DNA from: a virus
DNA: 43,507 bases
Strand: one strand, 5' to 3'
Virus record (IMG/VR): IMGVR_UViG_3300005260_000002
Coordinates: 1-43,507 of that record
In this document: in pieces, positions 7,802 to 15,987 of the stretch
How the letters are laid out: each line of letters starts with the position of its first letter
Position numbering within the stretch: position 1 is the first letter of the stretch
Made by a program: the position numbers and the translations under genes
Notes under the pieces: generated by a model
What the model saw: the letters and a program-made list of their open reading frames with translations, nothing else
What the model was told of the DNA's origin: nothing
Database searches by the model: none

Positions 7802-8482
7802 ATGATCCAGAAACAAGAGTCTATTGACGCGGCCCTTAACGCCATGCCGGAAGGCGGTGGAGACGTGAACCAGGCAACGTGGGACGTTGACCAAATTTCA
7901 CTGGATGCGGCGACTGCGATTTGCGCGCTGCCGGAAAGCATGCATCCCACACAGCATAAAGCCAAAATTCAGTGCATCATCGCGCAGGCATACCTCGGTT
8001 GTGAGCATCTGCGAGAGCCTTCAACCCCGTGGCGCGAACGCTGGTACGGGTCCGAGCCACAACGCGGCTGGTCGATCATGCAAGGCCGCGAACTGATTGC
8101 ACACATCGGCGGCGATGAGTCTATGTCTCAGGCGGTTTCAGATATCGTCATGAAGCACAATGGCGATGATAAGTCTGATGGAGCCAAGCGTGAACTCACC
8201 CGCCCGTCATCCAGCGCCCCGGTAGAGCGAAGGGAGGCAGTGAGACAGGCCGTTCGCAAAGTTGTTAACGCGCCGATGCTTGAGGGTCAGCCACGCAAAT
8301 CACTTGCTGACCGTATTGCCGACGCCATCCTATCCCTCCCCGGCTCATCTAGGGATGAGGTGCTGGAGAAACTTCACACATTCGTTGTCGAGCATTACGC
8401 CAATCAGGACCTGAACCACATGGACTTCCGCGTGGAAGCATATGTGATCGCCGCCGCGCTCGAACAGTCCAAGGAGAAGTGA
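7802..8482 (+). CDS. Hypothetical protein (226 aa)
   Basis: GAGG SD 4 nt before the ATG. ORF track 7802..8482. Confidence 0.7.
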   Translation: MIQKQESIDAALNAMPEGGGDVNQATWDVDQISLDAATAICALPESMHPTQHKAKIQCIIAQAYLGCEHLREPSTPWRERWYGSEPQRGWSIMQGRELIAHIGGDESMSQAVSDIVMKHNGDDKSDGAKRELTRPSSSAPVERREAVRQAVRKVVNAPMLEGQPRKSLADRIADAILSLPGSSRDEVLEKLHTFVVEHYANQDLNHMDFRVEAYVIAAALEQSKEK

Positions 8483-8589
8483 TGGACAGAGGTGAAGCTT
8501 TTGCTCTGCGCATCCTGATGATCGCCTGTTTGGCAAATGGCGTCATTCTTGGATGGGTTGCCAATAATGCGTGGAGGGCTTTGCCATGA
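8482..8589 (+). CDS. Possible micro membrane protein (35 aa)
   Basis: TGATG and ATGA coupling at its two ends. MDRGEAFALRILMIACLANGVILGWVANNAWRALP. Confidence 0.4.
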   Translation: MDRGEAFALRILMIACLANGVILGWVANNAWRALP

Positions 8590-9020
8590 CCGCGCACCAA
8601 GGCGCTGCCGGGGTGGTGGAGAGGTTGCGGACGCGATCACGCGTTCTCAACGGACCAGATATTGGGCCAGCGGAATATCGCCAGAACGACGCCGCGCTGG
8701 ATAACGAAGCCGCCATCCTCATCGAAGCCCTATCCAAGGCCCTGAGCGAGGCGGAGGCGAGCGCCAGCGTTTCATTCAAGTGCGGTGTTGCTCATCAAGA
8801 GCGCGCCAACGAAATGGAAGCACGCGCACTCGCCGCCGAATCCCGCCTTGCAGAGGCGATGAAGGTGATCGAGCCGTTTGCGCTGATTGCAGAACATGAC
8901 ATCGGATCAGATGAAACTGATGCCGATACTTATCAGCCAATAACTTACAACACGGTCCCGCGCATTTCTGTCGGTCATCTCCGCGCCGCCCGTCGCTTTC
9001 TCAATGCAGGGAAGGAATAA
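8586..9020 (+). CDS. Hypothetical coiled-coil protein (144 aa)
   Basis: First ATG of ORF 8571..9020. Confidence 0.6.
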   Translation: MTAHQGAAGVVERLRTRSRVLNGPDIGPAEYRQNDAALDNEAAILIEALSKALSEAEASASVSFKCGVAHQERANEMEARALAAESRLAEAMKVIEPFALIAEHDIGSDETDADTYQPITYNTVPRISVGHLRAARRFLNAGKE

Positions 9021-9024
9021 GAGG

Positions 9025-9390
9025 ATGGCCGAACAACTCATTGAGTGCGAGAAGCCGGAATCCTGTCCAACCTGCAATCGGTATACAGAGCGTGGGCGAC
9101 AGCAGCTTGCGGTTCAAAATCGGTCACGGCCAATTTACGGCACCAACCTGTCTCTCCCGCTCAGTGAACTTGTTAGCGATATTCGCAGCCAGCTAGTCCG
9201 CGCTCGGGGTCAACTAGGTGACATTGGCAGTGGTTTCCCGGGTTGGAAGGAACATGTCGAAAGCGTGGAGGGACTTCTAACGTGCGGTCTAGTGTCTTTG
9301 CATCGCGTCAAAGAGGAAATGGAAGAACACGAACGACGATATCCGAAGTCAATTCCAGCCAGTGCCAAGGACTCATCCGATGCCAGCTAA
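9025..9390 (+). CDS. Hypothetical protein (121 aa)
   Basis: ATG 9025 follows AGGAATAAGAGG. Internal start of ORF 9004..9390. Confidence 0.6.
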   Translation: MAEQLIECEKPESCPTCNRYTERGRQQLAVQNRSRPIYGTNLSLPLSELVSDIRSQLVRARGQLGDIGSGFPGWKEHVESVEGLLTCGLVSLHRVKEEMEEHERRYPKSIPASAKDSSDAS

Positions 9391-9709
9391 CCCTCAAGTG
9401 ACGGATGAGACGCCAGAACAAATCGCTTCGCGCATTGTGGAAGGACTTTCGTTCTCATCCAATCGCATGGTCAACGGTCGCCTTGTTGGCGAGCAGTATT
9501 TCGCAGCCATGGCGATTGCAGAGGCTATCCGCCTTGAGCGTGAGAGACTAGCGCCCGCTGGTTACGTTCTTATGCCGAAGGAGCCGACGCATGAAATTGT
9601 TACCGCATACATCGCGGCTGACAGGCGTCGCAAGCGCTATGTAGCAACGGCAAAGCGTGACTACCGCGCCATGATCTCCGCCGCTCCCCTCCCGCAGAAG
9701 GAGGGGTAG
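9380..9709 (+). CDS. Hypothetical protein, Ead/Ea22-like C-terminus (109 aa)
   Basis: GYVLMPKEPTHEIVTAY motif typical of ead/Ea22-type prophage proteins. ATG 9380 (GTG 9362 is an alternative start). Confidence 0.55.
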   Translation: MPANPQVTDETPEQIASRIVEGLSFSSNRMVNGRLVGEQYFAAMAIAEAIRLERERLAPAGYVLMPKEPTHEIVTAYIAADRRRKRYVATAKRDYRAMISAAPLPQKEG

Positions 9710-9940
9710 ATGGCAACAACATTTCAGGTTTGGGGAAAGCCGCCACCATCAGTTTGGGATACACTGACACCCCGGCAGCGCCGATCGCTTGATGAATATA
9801 TTAACCGCAGGATTGCCGGCCCCTGCTATCGCATTGCCTACGACTGCGGCTATGCCGATGGATTGAACTCACAGAATAAGAAGTTGAAAAGATCAAAGTC
9901 TCGCCACTCCACCCACAACCGGGAGGACGCGGGAACGTGA
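9710..9940 (+). CDS. Hypothetical protein (76 aa)
   Basis: GAAGGAGGGG SD directly upstream. Confidence 0.65.
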   Translation: MATTFQVWGKPPPSVWDTLTPRQRRSLDEYINRRIAGPCYRIAYDCGYADGLNSQNKKLKRSKSRHSTHNREDAGT

Positions 9941-10239
9941 GCAAGCCTGTTCGCATTCAACGAAAGCGCACCAAGGGCTGGAAGATGCCGCCGAACACGG
10001 TGAGCGTCACCCGTCCCGGCAAGTGGGGGAACCCGTTTCTGAAAGGTATGGGCGCTGTCAGCGCGGCCCACGCTGTTGAGGTCTACCGAGACTGGCTGAA
10101 TGGCCCCGGGGCGCCTGTCAAAGCAGCAGCCGCATCAGAACTTCGCGGGAAGAACCTTGCGTGCTTTTGCAAGGTTGGCTCCCCCTGCCATGCCGACGTA
10201 CTGCTCGACCTCGCCAATTCTGAGGACGCGGGAGCATGA
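9937..10239 (+). CDS. DUF4326 domain protein (100 aa)
   Basis: RKRTKGWKMPPNTVSVTRPGKWGNPF ... LRGKNLACFC..PCHADVLLDLAN matches my memory of the DUF4326 signature. GTGA coupling. Confidence 0.7.
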   Translation: MSKPVRIQRKRTKGWKMPPNTVSVTRPGKWGNPFLKGMGAVSAAHAVEVYRDWLNGPGAPVKAAAASELRGKNLACFCKVGSPCHADVLLDLANSEDAGA

Positions 10240-10511
10240 CGCGGGCGTTGGAAGTCGAGCACCTCTACGTGTCGGACGATGAGATTCGGAAACGGCTCGG
10301 CGTCGGTGAGGACACCTTGCGCGTCGCGATCAAACAGCTTGAGCGCAATGGCTTTCCGAAGAAGGACCCGCTGTTCGGAAAAAAACGCTACTGGCCGGCC
10401 GTGCAGGCTTTCCTCGATCGCCGCAGCGGCCTTAGCATCAAGTCGCCGTCCGTGGTGGACGGACAGGAGAACGTGAATGGGACGAAAAATTACGGATCAA
10501 GGAGCCGTTAA
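10236..10511 (+). CDS. Small DNA-binding protein upstream of the integrase; candidate excisionase/recombination directionality factor (91 aa)
   Basis: ATGA coupling and position immediately 5' of int. IRKRLGVGEDTLRVAIKQLERNGFPKKDPLFGKKRYW looks winged-helix-like. Confidence 0.5.
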   Translation: MTRALEVEHLYVSDDEIRKRLGVGEDTLRVAIKQLERNGFPKKDPLFGKKRYWPAVQAFLDRRSGLSIKSPSVVDGQENVNGTKNYGSRSR

Positions 10512-11829
10512 GCGCGCCAAGCGCTACATCGCGGCATACGATCCACCACAGCGCAAACAATTAGATCACCCAAACATAGCCGATGCACCGGGATTGGCTT
10601 GGCGCCAACGCGCTGACGGCTGGATAGCGATCTGGATCGCTCGTGCAGATATTGTCAAAAAAGGATATTCGCCCTCCACGCAACGGCTGCGGTTGTTCAC
10701 CGATCAGCCAACCGTTGATGACGTCACCTATATCCAGAGCGAATGTCAGCGTCTGCAGGATGAGATGCTGGCGTTCGGCCGCGATGGTGCAGTTGTTGTT
10801 CAGACTTTCACCGGCACGGTGCAGGGCTTGATCGACGCCTATTTGCGTGATCCGGATTCGGGTTATCACAGCGCCCGGTTCACCACGCGGCAGAACTACG
10901 ACAAGGCGTTGAAGCTCCTCTCGCGAGATAAGGGTGAACGCGCTCTCCATGCCTTGAAGGGTCGCGACTTCAAGCGCTGGTACGAAGAATGGCGCTGGCC
11001 CGATGGAAAGGGCGGCATCGACAAGGTTTACACCGCCTACGGCCAGATCGCGGTGATCCGTGTTCTTCTCAGCTATGGCGTCGCGTTCGAGATCGAGGAC
11101 GTGGGGCCAAATCAGGTGTCGCATTGCTTGCGCTTGAAGACGGCGCTGGCCGAGCAGACCTTCGAGAATGGCAATGCGCGAACGGAAGAACTGACACACG
11201 CGCAATGCTCCGCCTTCATCCGCACGGCCAATGCTGGCGGCGAGGACTGGATGGCGCTCGCGCAAGCCTTCCAGTTCGAGCTTTCGCTCCGGCAAAAGGA
11301 CGTGATCGGCCAGTGGGTGCCCGTGTCGGAACCGGGCATATCCGACCTCACCCGCGGCGGGAAAAAATGGCTGTATGGCCTCCGCTGGGAGGAGATCGAC
11401 CAGAACCTGATCCTGACCCATCAGATGACCAAATCCAGGAAGCGAAAAATCCTCGAATTCGACCTGAAGCTCTACCCGATGGTCATGGCCGAGATCGCCA
11501 AGATTCCTGCAGAGAGGCGTGTCGGTCCGATCATCCTGAACCCGAGGACGGGCCAGCCGCCGGTCGCCGTGGCCTTCCGGTTTACGTGGCGGAAGCTGGC
11601 TACCAAGGCGGGCATCCCGCCCGAGGTGAAGAACATGGACAGCCGCGCTGGGGCCATCACAGAGACGCTGGAAGCCACCGGGGACAACATTGAGGCTGCC
11701 CGCAAGCAGGCGGGGCATAGCAACGCCCAGACCACCCAGCGCTACAGCCGCGGGCTACAGCGCAGCAACAGCAAGGTGGCTGTCCTGCGGGTCGCTTCCC
11801 GGACGAAAACGAAGCCTGAACAGGCATAG
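10477..11829 (+). CDS. int: Tyrosine integrase (450 aa)
   Basis: C-terminal catalytic region ...MDSRAGAITE...AGHSNAQTTQRYSRG (R, H-x-x-R, Y). Last gene of the early-left operon. Confidence 0.9.
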   Translation: MGRKITDQGAVKRAKRYIAAYDPPQRKQLDHPNIADAPGLAWRQRADGWIAIWIARADIVKKGYSPSTQRLRLFTDQPTVDDVTYIQSECQRLQDEMLAFGRDGAVVVQTFTGTVQGLIDAYLRDPDSGYHSARFTTRQNYDKALKLLSRDKGERALHALKGRDFKRWYEEWRWPDGKGGIDKVYTAYGQIAVIRVLLSYGVAFEIEDVGPNQVSHCLRLKTALAEQTFENGNARTEELTHAQCSAFIRTANAGGEDWMALAQAFQFELSLRQKDVIGQWVPVSEPGISDLTRGGKKWLYGLRWEEIDQNLILTHQMTKSRKRKILEFDLKLYPMVMAEIAKIPAERRVGPIILNPRTGQPPVAVAFRFTWRKLATKAGIPPEVKNMDSRAGAITETLEATGDNIEAARKQAGHSNAQTTQRYSRGLQRSNSKVAVLRVASRTKTKPEQA

Positions 11830-11934
11830 TGAACGGTAGTAAACTGCCGCTAATGATATCAGCCGCTTAGGTGGCAAAAACGCTCCTATAGAATCACCAT
11901 CGGAGCGTTGATATCATTGGTTGACGTTCACTAT
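11826..11934. repeat. Three nested inverted repeats between the convergent int and late operons: attP and/or bidirectional terminator candidate
   Basis: ATAGTGAACG 11826-35 pairs with CGTTCACTAT 11925-34. AATGATATCA 11852-61 pairs with TGATATCATT 11909-18. AACGCTCC 11879-86 pairs with GGAGCGTT 11902-09. Confidence 0.6.
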
Positions 11935-12056
11935 CGAAGCCGGGTTTTTCCGGTTGTCTCCGCGTATCGGCTGGCTGTGTTCATGGGCCAGCCGAGCAGC
12001 GCGATGGCGACCAAAGCACCGCCAGCAGCGAGCAGGCATTGCGCCAGATCGCTCAC
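11931..12056 (-). CDS. Possible small membrane protein (41 aa, GTG start)
   Basis: GTGA overlap with the CHAP stop. VSDLAQCLLAAGGALVAIALLGWPMN... has one TM helix. GC3 about 70%. Confidence 0.35.
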   Translation of the reverse strand: MSDLAQCLLAAGGALVAIALLGWPMNTASRYAETTGKTRLR

Positions 12057-12628
12057 GACGCGCTCACATAGGCGATGACGCGATGGGCGGAATAGACGCC
12101 CTCCCCGACGCGCCGGCCGTGGTTCCCGCTGACGAGGATCGGGTTGCCGCGCGGATCGAAGCCCGAGACGATTCCGACATGGTGCCGCATGACCGCGATG
12201 GCGCCGACGTGGGCGGTGGTGCGCGGCTGGCTCAGCCATGAGATGGCGCGATCATCCACGCCGCGAGCGTTCGTCAGGTGGCGCAGGAAGGCCGAGCACC
12301 ATAGCGTCCGGCGCAGGCCGATCTGGGAGGCCGTCTGGCCCATGTAGGCGCGCGCACGAGTGACGAGCCCGGATGATCCGGCCCATTGCACCGGCCGCTC
12401 TACGGCCCGCCGGTAGGTCTTCTGTGCCTTGCCGAAGGGCATGGCACGCTCGATCTGCTGGCCGCGCTGGCTGACGGTCACGCCCTCGCATGGAAACAGG
12501 ATGTTGCAGCCGGGATCGGCGACGCTGGTGACGACATGCCGATGATGCTTGTGGTGATGCCGTGGGCGGGCCTGCGCGGCGGTGACGGTGAGCACGAGCG
12601 CGGCGAGAATGGCGATGAACCGAACCAT
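12053..12628 (-). CDS. Secreted CHAP/NlpC-P60-like (TIGR02594-type) peptidoglycan peptidase with a His-rich linker (191 aa)
   Basis: Signal peptide MVRFIAILAALVLTVTAAQA, then RPRHHHKHHRH. The Cys (WCSAFLRHL) and His (HVGIVSG) catalytic pair has CHAP-like spacing. GGGGGA SD. Confidence 0.7.
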   Translation of the reverse strand: MVRFIAILAALVLTVTAAQARPRHHHKHHRHVVTSVADPGCNILFPCEGVTVSQRGQQIERAMPFGKAQKTYRRAVERPVQWAGSSGLVTRARAYMGQTASQIGLRRTLWCSAFLRHLTNARGVDDRAISWLSQPRTTAHVGAIAVMRHHVGIVSGFDPRGNPILVSGNHGRRVGEGVYSAHRVIAYVSAS

Positions 12629-12676
12629 GGATTGTCCCCCAATGATGGGGACAAAAGACCGGTCACGGCCTAGAGC

Positions 12677-12688
12677 GGCAACGCACTC
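12677..12688 (-). promoter_or_regulatory. Late-strand motif copy 1 (coding strand GA-GTGCGTTG-CC)
   Basis: Overlaps the stop of 12687..12962. 50 nt upstream of the CHAP ATG. Followed by hairpin GTCCCC/GGGGAC at 12634-12652. Confidence 0.5.
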
Positions 12689-12962
12689 AGGCGAACTCGC
12701 GGTCGATCCCGCGAGGGCCACGAATGAACCCCTCGCCGTGCTTAAGTTCTCGCAAGTCCTGCTCGATATTGAGGATGCGTTGGTCCTGCACCGCCTGCTT
12801 GGTGATGACCTCGTTCAGCTTCTTGATGTCGGTCTTGATTGTGTCGACGTCCTTGACAAGCTGTTTGACGATAGTTCGGAGCGTGGCGATTGCGCCGATT
12901 GCTCCGAACAGAAACATTCCGGCCTCGATGAGGTTTCCGGCAGTGATGGTGCTATCGAACAT
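12687..12962 (-). CDS. Membrane-anchored coiled-coil protein (91 aa), spanin-like?
   Basis: N-terminal TM (LIEAGMFLFGAIGAIATL) followed by a heptad-like K/D/I/L region. Lies in the lysis cassette. Confidence 0.6.
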   Translation of the reverse strand: MFDSTITAGNLIEAGMFLFGAIGAIATLRTIVKQLVKDVDTIKTDIKKLNEVITKQAVQDQRILNIEQDLRELKHGEGFIRGPRGIDREFA

Positions 12963-12990
12963 TTCCGGAAACCTATCGGGGCAAGCGTGG

Positions 12991-13290
12991 TCAGGTTCCG
13001 GTCACGGGCGCGGCGTCTTGTGCCTTAGCTGCGGCCAGTGCGGCTTGAAACTCCGAATCGTACTGCGCGGACATGACATCCAGCGCATCCCACTGCGCGT
13101 CCGTGATGTCGTCGCTGGATTGCAGGACCGAGATGATGTTCTGCACGATCGGCAGCAGGTCCTTGTATTCCTGCACCAGCACCGGGATGAGCGCCGCGAG
13201 GAGCTCGATCACCTTTGCAATCGTCGCAGCGGTCGCTCCGGGCGCAACGATCTGAAGGAGCGAGAGAAGTGTCGTGATAATCGCTTGCAT
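12991..13290 (-). CDS. Hydrophobic small protein (99 aa) in the lysis cassette
   Basis: GAGGGA SD. MQAIITTLLSLLQIVAPGATAATIAKVIELLAALIPVLV... Confidence 0.6.
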   Translation of the reverse strand: MQAIITTLLSLLQIVAPGATAATIAKVIELLAALIPVLVQEYKDLLPIVQNIISVLQSSDDITDAQWDALDVMSAQYDSEFQAALAAAKAQDAAPVTGT

Positions 13291-13300
13291 GTCCGTTCCC

Positions 13301-13732
13301 TCAGTTCTTGATGCCGTACTGATCCATGATCTTCTGCAGCGTCGCCGTTGCCGAAGTCAGGGTGTTGTAGAGGCCCGCGTCCCCCAGCGTTCCGGGGTTG
13401 GCTTTCATGAACGCCCGCAGATCGTTTCGGGCAGTGATGCCGGAATTGAATGGAGCTTCGACGGCCGCCGCAAAACCCAGCGGGCGGCACAGCGATGAAC
13501 CGCCGGTAACGCACGGCTGCAACCGCAGGACATTCGTCACAGAGCGTTCGGCGCCATTGAAGACGTTGATCGCAATGTAAACGTCACGGCTGTTGACCTT
13601 GGTGTTCGCAACCGCGCCGACGAAGTTCTTGACCGAGGTTTCGAACTTATCGAACGTGGCACAGCCACCAGCCAAGGGGCCGACTGCGAGGATGGCGAGA
13701 AGCGTTACTGCAATGCGAAGATGGCGGTTCAT
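13301..13732 (-). CDS. Lipoprotein (143 aa)
   Basis: MNRHLRIAVTLLAILAVGPLAGGC carries a lipobox (LAGG-C). Internal ATG of ORF 13301..13909. Confidence 0.7.
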   Translation of the reverse strand: MNRHLRIAVTLLAILAVGPLAGGCATFDKFETSVKNFVGAVANTKVNSRDVYIAINVFNGAERSVTNVLRLQPCVTGGSSLCRPLGFAAAVEAPFNSGITARNDLRAFMKANPGTLGDAGLYNTLTSATATLQKIMDQYGIKN

Positions 13733-13740
13733 GGCCCTGC

Positions 13741-14007
13741 TCACTTCTTGAGTTCGATGCCGGCCGATGCGGCAAGCGCAGGGTCGGTCGTGGTAACGGT
13801 GGTCGACTCCACGGCGTCGGTCGCCGCAACGATGCTCGACGTCTTGGTGGCGTTGGCCGCGATGACGGTACCGATGAGGCCGAGCACGCCGCCGATGATG
13901 GTCGCCCATGTCTGGGCATCCCAGCCGAACACGCCCTTGCCCGCCAGAAGGCCAGCGAAGAACGTGACGAGAGGGGCGAGCGTGGTGGTGAGCTGCGTCT
14001 TGTTCAT
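13741..14007 (-). CDS. Holin candidate (88 aa)
   Basis: Two predicted TM helices (LAPLVTFFAGLLAGKGVF and WATIIGGVLGLIGTVIAA). Immediately downstream of the endolysin. AGGGGA SD. Confidence 0.7.
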   Translation of the reverse strand: MNKTQLTTTLAPLVTFFAGLLAGKGVFGWDAQTWATIIGGVLGLIGTVIAANATKTSSIVAATDAVESTTVTTTDPALAASAGIELKK

Positions 14008-14017
14008 TGTCAGTCCC

Positions 14018-14509
14018 CTATTGATGCGCCAACACGAGCGCGTCGTGAATTTTCCCGGTGAACATCAAGCCCTCGCCTTTGCGGCGGCGGGTCAGGCCCG
14101 CGACGACCTTGCCGTTGTCGCGATTCCAGCGGGCCAGTTCGGCGGGCACCGCAGCCTTGTTCCCGGCGTTCAGCTTCTTCCACAGCGTGGCAGTCGCCGG
14201 GCCGCCGGTGTTGAAAGCCCACGACACCAGCGCGTCGAACTCGTTCTGGGTGATATCGACCTTGGTGTGGTTCTCGACCCAGCGCTCAAAGGTCGCCATG
14301 TCCCCCGCCAGCGCGGAATCGCAGTCCGCCACGGTCCACACGGTCTTGCCGTCGAAGCGCGGCAGGTGATGATTGGTGTGTCCCCAGCCGATGGTCAGCT
14401 CGCCGCCGCCGTCGAGGTACGGCTTGAAGAAGCCGGGGCGCGACTTCACCGCCGCCATGCAGCTTTCAAAGGCCTTGATGTATTCGAGTCCTGCCGGGCT
14501 GGTTCGCAT
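14018..14509 (-). CDS. GH24 lysozyme (endolysin), 163 aa
   Basis: GLEYIKAFESC...PYLDGGGELTIGWGHT has the E-D-T catalytic pattern of T4/lambda-type lysozymes. Confidence 0.9.
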   Translation of the reverse strand: MRTSPAGLEYIKAFESCMAAVKSRPGFFKPYLDGGGELTIGWGHTNHHLPRFDGKTVWTVADCDSALAGDMATFERWVENHTKVDITQNEFDALVSWAFNTGGPATATLWKKLNAGNKAAVPAELARWNRDNGKVVAGLTRRRKGEGLMFTGKIHDALVLAHQ

Positions 14510-14653
14510 GCCCCATGTCTAGGGCTGCCACCCGGCGGCTGCACCGCACCGAAGACACCGCTCATCGGCACGCTGTGAGCGGGTTGAGCCTTGACGGATT
14601 CTGCCGGGAAAGGCACGGTCTTGCGGCCCCAGCAAAGACAGGACACCTGCTTA

Positions 14654-15748
14654 ATGCCCCGAGTTTCCGTTCTAATGCCCACGTTCTGCCGAAACTCGTC
14701 TGGACATCTTGCCAAGGCAATTCGCAGCGTCTGCGCGCAGACCTTCACTGACTTTGAATTCTTCATCGTTGATGACGGCTCGTCCGATGGGAGCGCCGAC
14801 ACCATCCAGTCGTTTGCCGCCAAAGACAGCCGAATAAAGCATATTCGATTTGAAAAGAACGTCGGCTTGCCAGCGATCACGACTGCCACCGCGGTCAAGC
14901 AAAGCAGCGGTGAATTCATCGCCTGGATATTCGATGATTGCGAATGGGAACCGACGTACCTTCAGGAGATGGTCAAGGCTCTGGATTCCAACCCGGATGC
15001 AAGTCTCGCATACTGCATGTGCGAGGCAATTCAGAACTCAGACAAGCCGGTAATTTATGGCCGACCGCCGGATTACAAACTCCTCCGCAGCGGCGTGAAT
15101 TACATTGCAAACTGTGCGACGTTCTTCCGGCGAGCGCTCGTTGATAAAATCGGCTGGTACGATCCTAGAATTATTTTCGTGCGAACGTGCGATTGGGATT
15201 TCTTGTCGCGCGCCAGCTACGTCACGCCATTTATTTACGTGCGAAAGCTTTTGACCTGCGAGCACGGCCAAAGCCTCTCGAACTCACTCGGAAACACCTA
15301 CAGCGTCGATTTCAACTTGATGCATGAATCATCGCTGTGCGCTCGCCCTGAGCTTGCGCTCGATAGGATTCAGGGGCTTGATATTTTGTCTATCCCCAGC
15401 GCGATCGAAATCACGGACCAGCTTCTCGAATCTCACCTGCGGCTGTGCATTGAGTTTGCGCTTATCAGGTCGCGAAGCGAGATGTTTTTAGACATCGCGC
15501 GCATGCCGCACTTCAAGAAATTCGTCACCGACGCGCCGTCGCCGTCTTTCGGGCTGATGTTTCAGTGGTGGGTGAGGTCAATAAAAGAAGCCTCGGAGAC
15601 GGAAATTCGCAAGCGCGACCTCGTGATACAGGACATGATAAAGCACAAGCCCATCACGTCGAAGATCATTCGGGAAATCAAGAAGGGCCTGAAAAAGTTC
15701 TGGCGGCTATTAACGGGCACACCGAGCCACAAGGAGGCACGACCATGA
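14654..15748 (+). CDS. Family-2 glycosyltransferase (364 aa), opposite-strand moron
   Basis: VSVLMPTFCRNSSGHLAKAIRSVCAQTFTDFEFFIVDDGSSDGS is a GT2 N-terminal signature. Lower GC than its flanks. Confidence 0.8.
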   Translation: MPRVSVLMPTFCRNSSGHLAKAIRSVCAQTFTDFEFFIVDDGSSDGSADTIQSFAAKDSRIKHIRFEKNVGLPAITTATAVKQSSGEFIAWIFDDCEWEPTYLQEMVKALDSNPDASLAYCMCEAIQNSDKPVIYGRPPDYKLLRSGVNYIANCATFFRRALVDKIGWYDPRIIFVRTCDWDFLSRASYVTPFIYVRKLLTCEHGQSLSNSLGNTYSVDFNLMHESSLCARPELALDRIQGLDILSIPSAIEITDQLLESHLRLCIEFALIRSRSEMFLDIARMPHFKKFVTDAPSPSFGLMFQWWVRSIKEASETEIRKRDLVIQDMIKHKPITSKIIREIKKGLKKFWRLLTGTPSHKEARP

Positions 15749-15987
15749 TTGCAAACAGAGATGAATTGTTGGCATTGGCCGAATTTGTTAGATCAATGCC
15801 GGAGGACAAGAGATGTGGACGCATCGCCGACATTCTCGAATCGTTCGCCGGACCAACTCCGCCTCCGGTATTCGTTGAACTGAAGCCATGGCGTGCCGTC
15901 ATTGTTGACGGCGTCGAAGGGGCTATCGAACTGGATGACCCGAGGGTGGTTGGGCCAGTATGCCGGCAATTACGTGATGGCATATAA
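15745..15987 (+). CDS. Hypothetical protein (80 aa) coupled to the GT2 gene
   Basis: ATGA overlap at 15745-15748. MIANRDELLALAEFVRSMPEDKR... Confidence 0.55.
   Translation: MIANRDELLALAEFVRSMPEDKRCGRIADILESFAGPTPPPVFVELKPWRAVIVDGVEGAIELDDPRVVGPVCRQLRDGI

Noticed and set aside
11830-12052. tRNA gene or tRNA 3' fragment as attP core; more generally any tRNA, rRNA or CRISPR array
   Set aside because: No cloverleaf-compatible sequence, T-loop GTTCGAATC-type motif or regularly spaced repeat array was seen. Only the nested palindromes are present.
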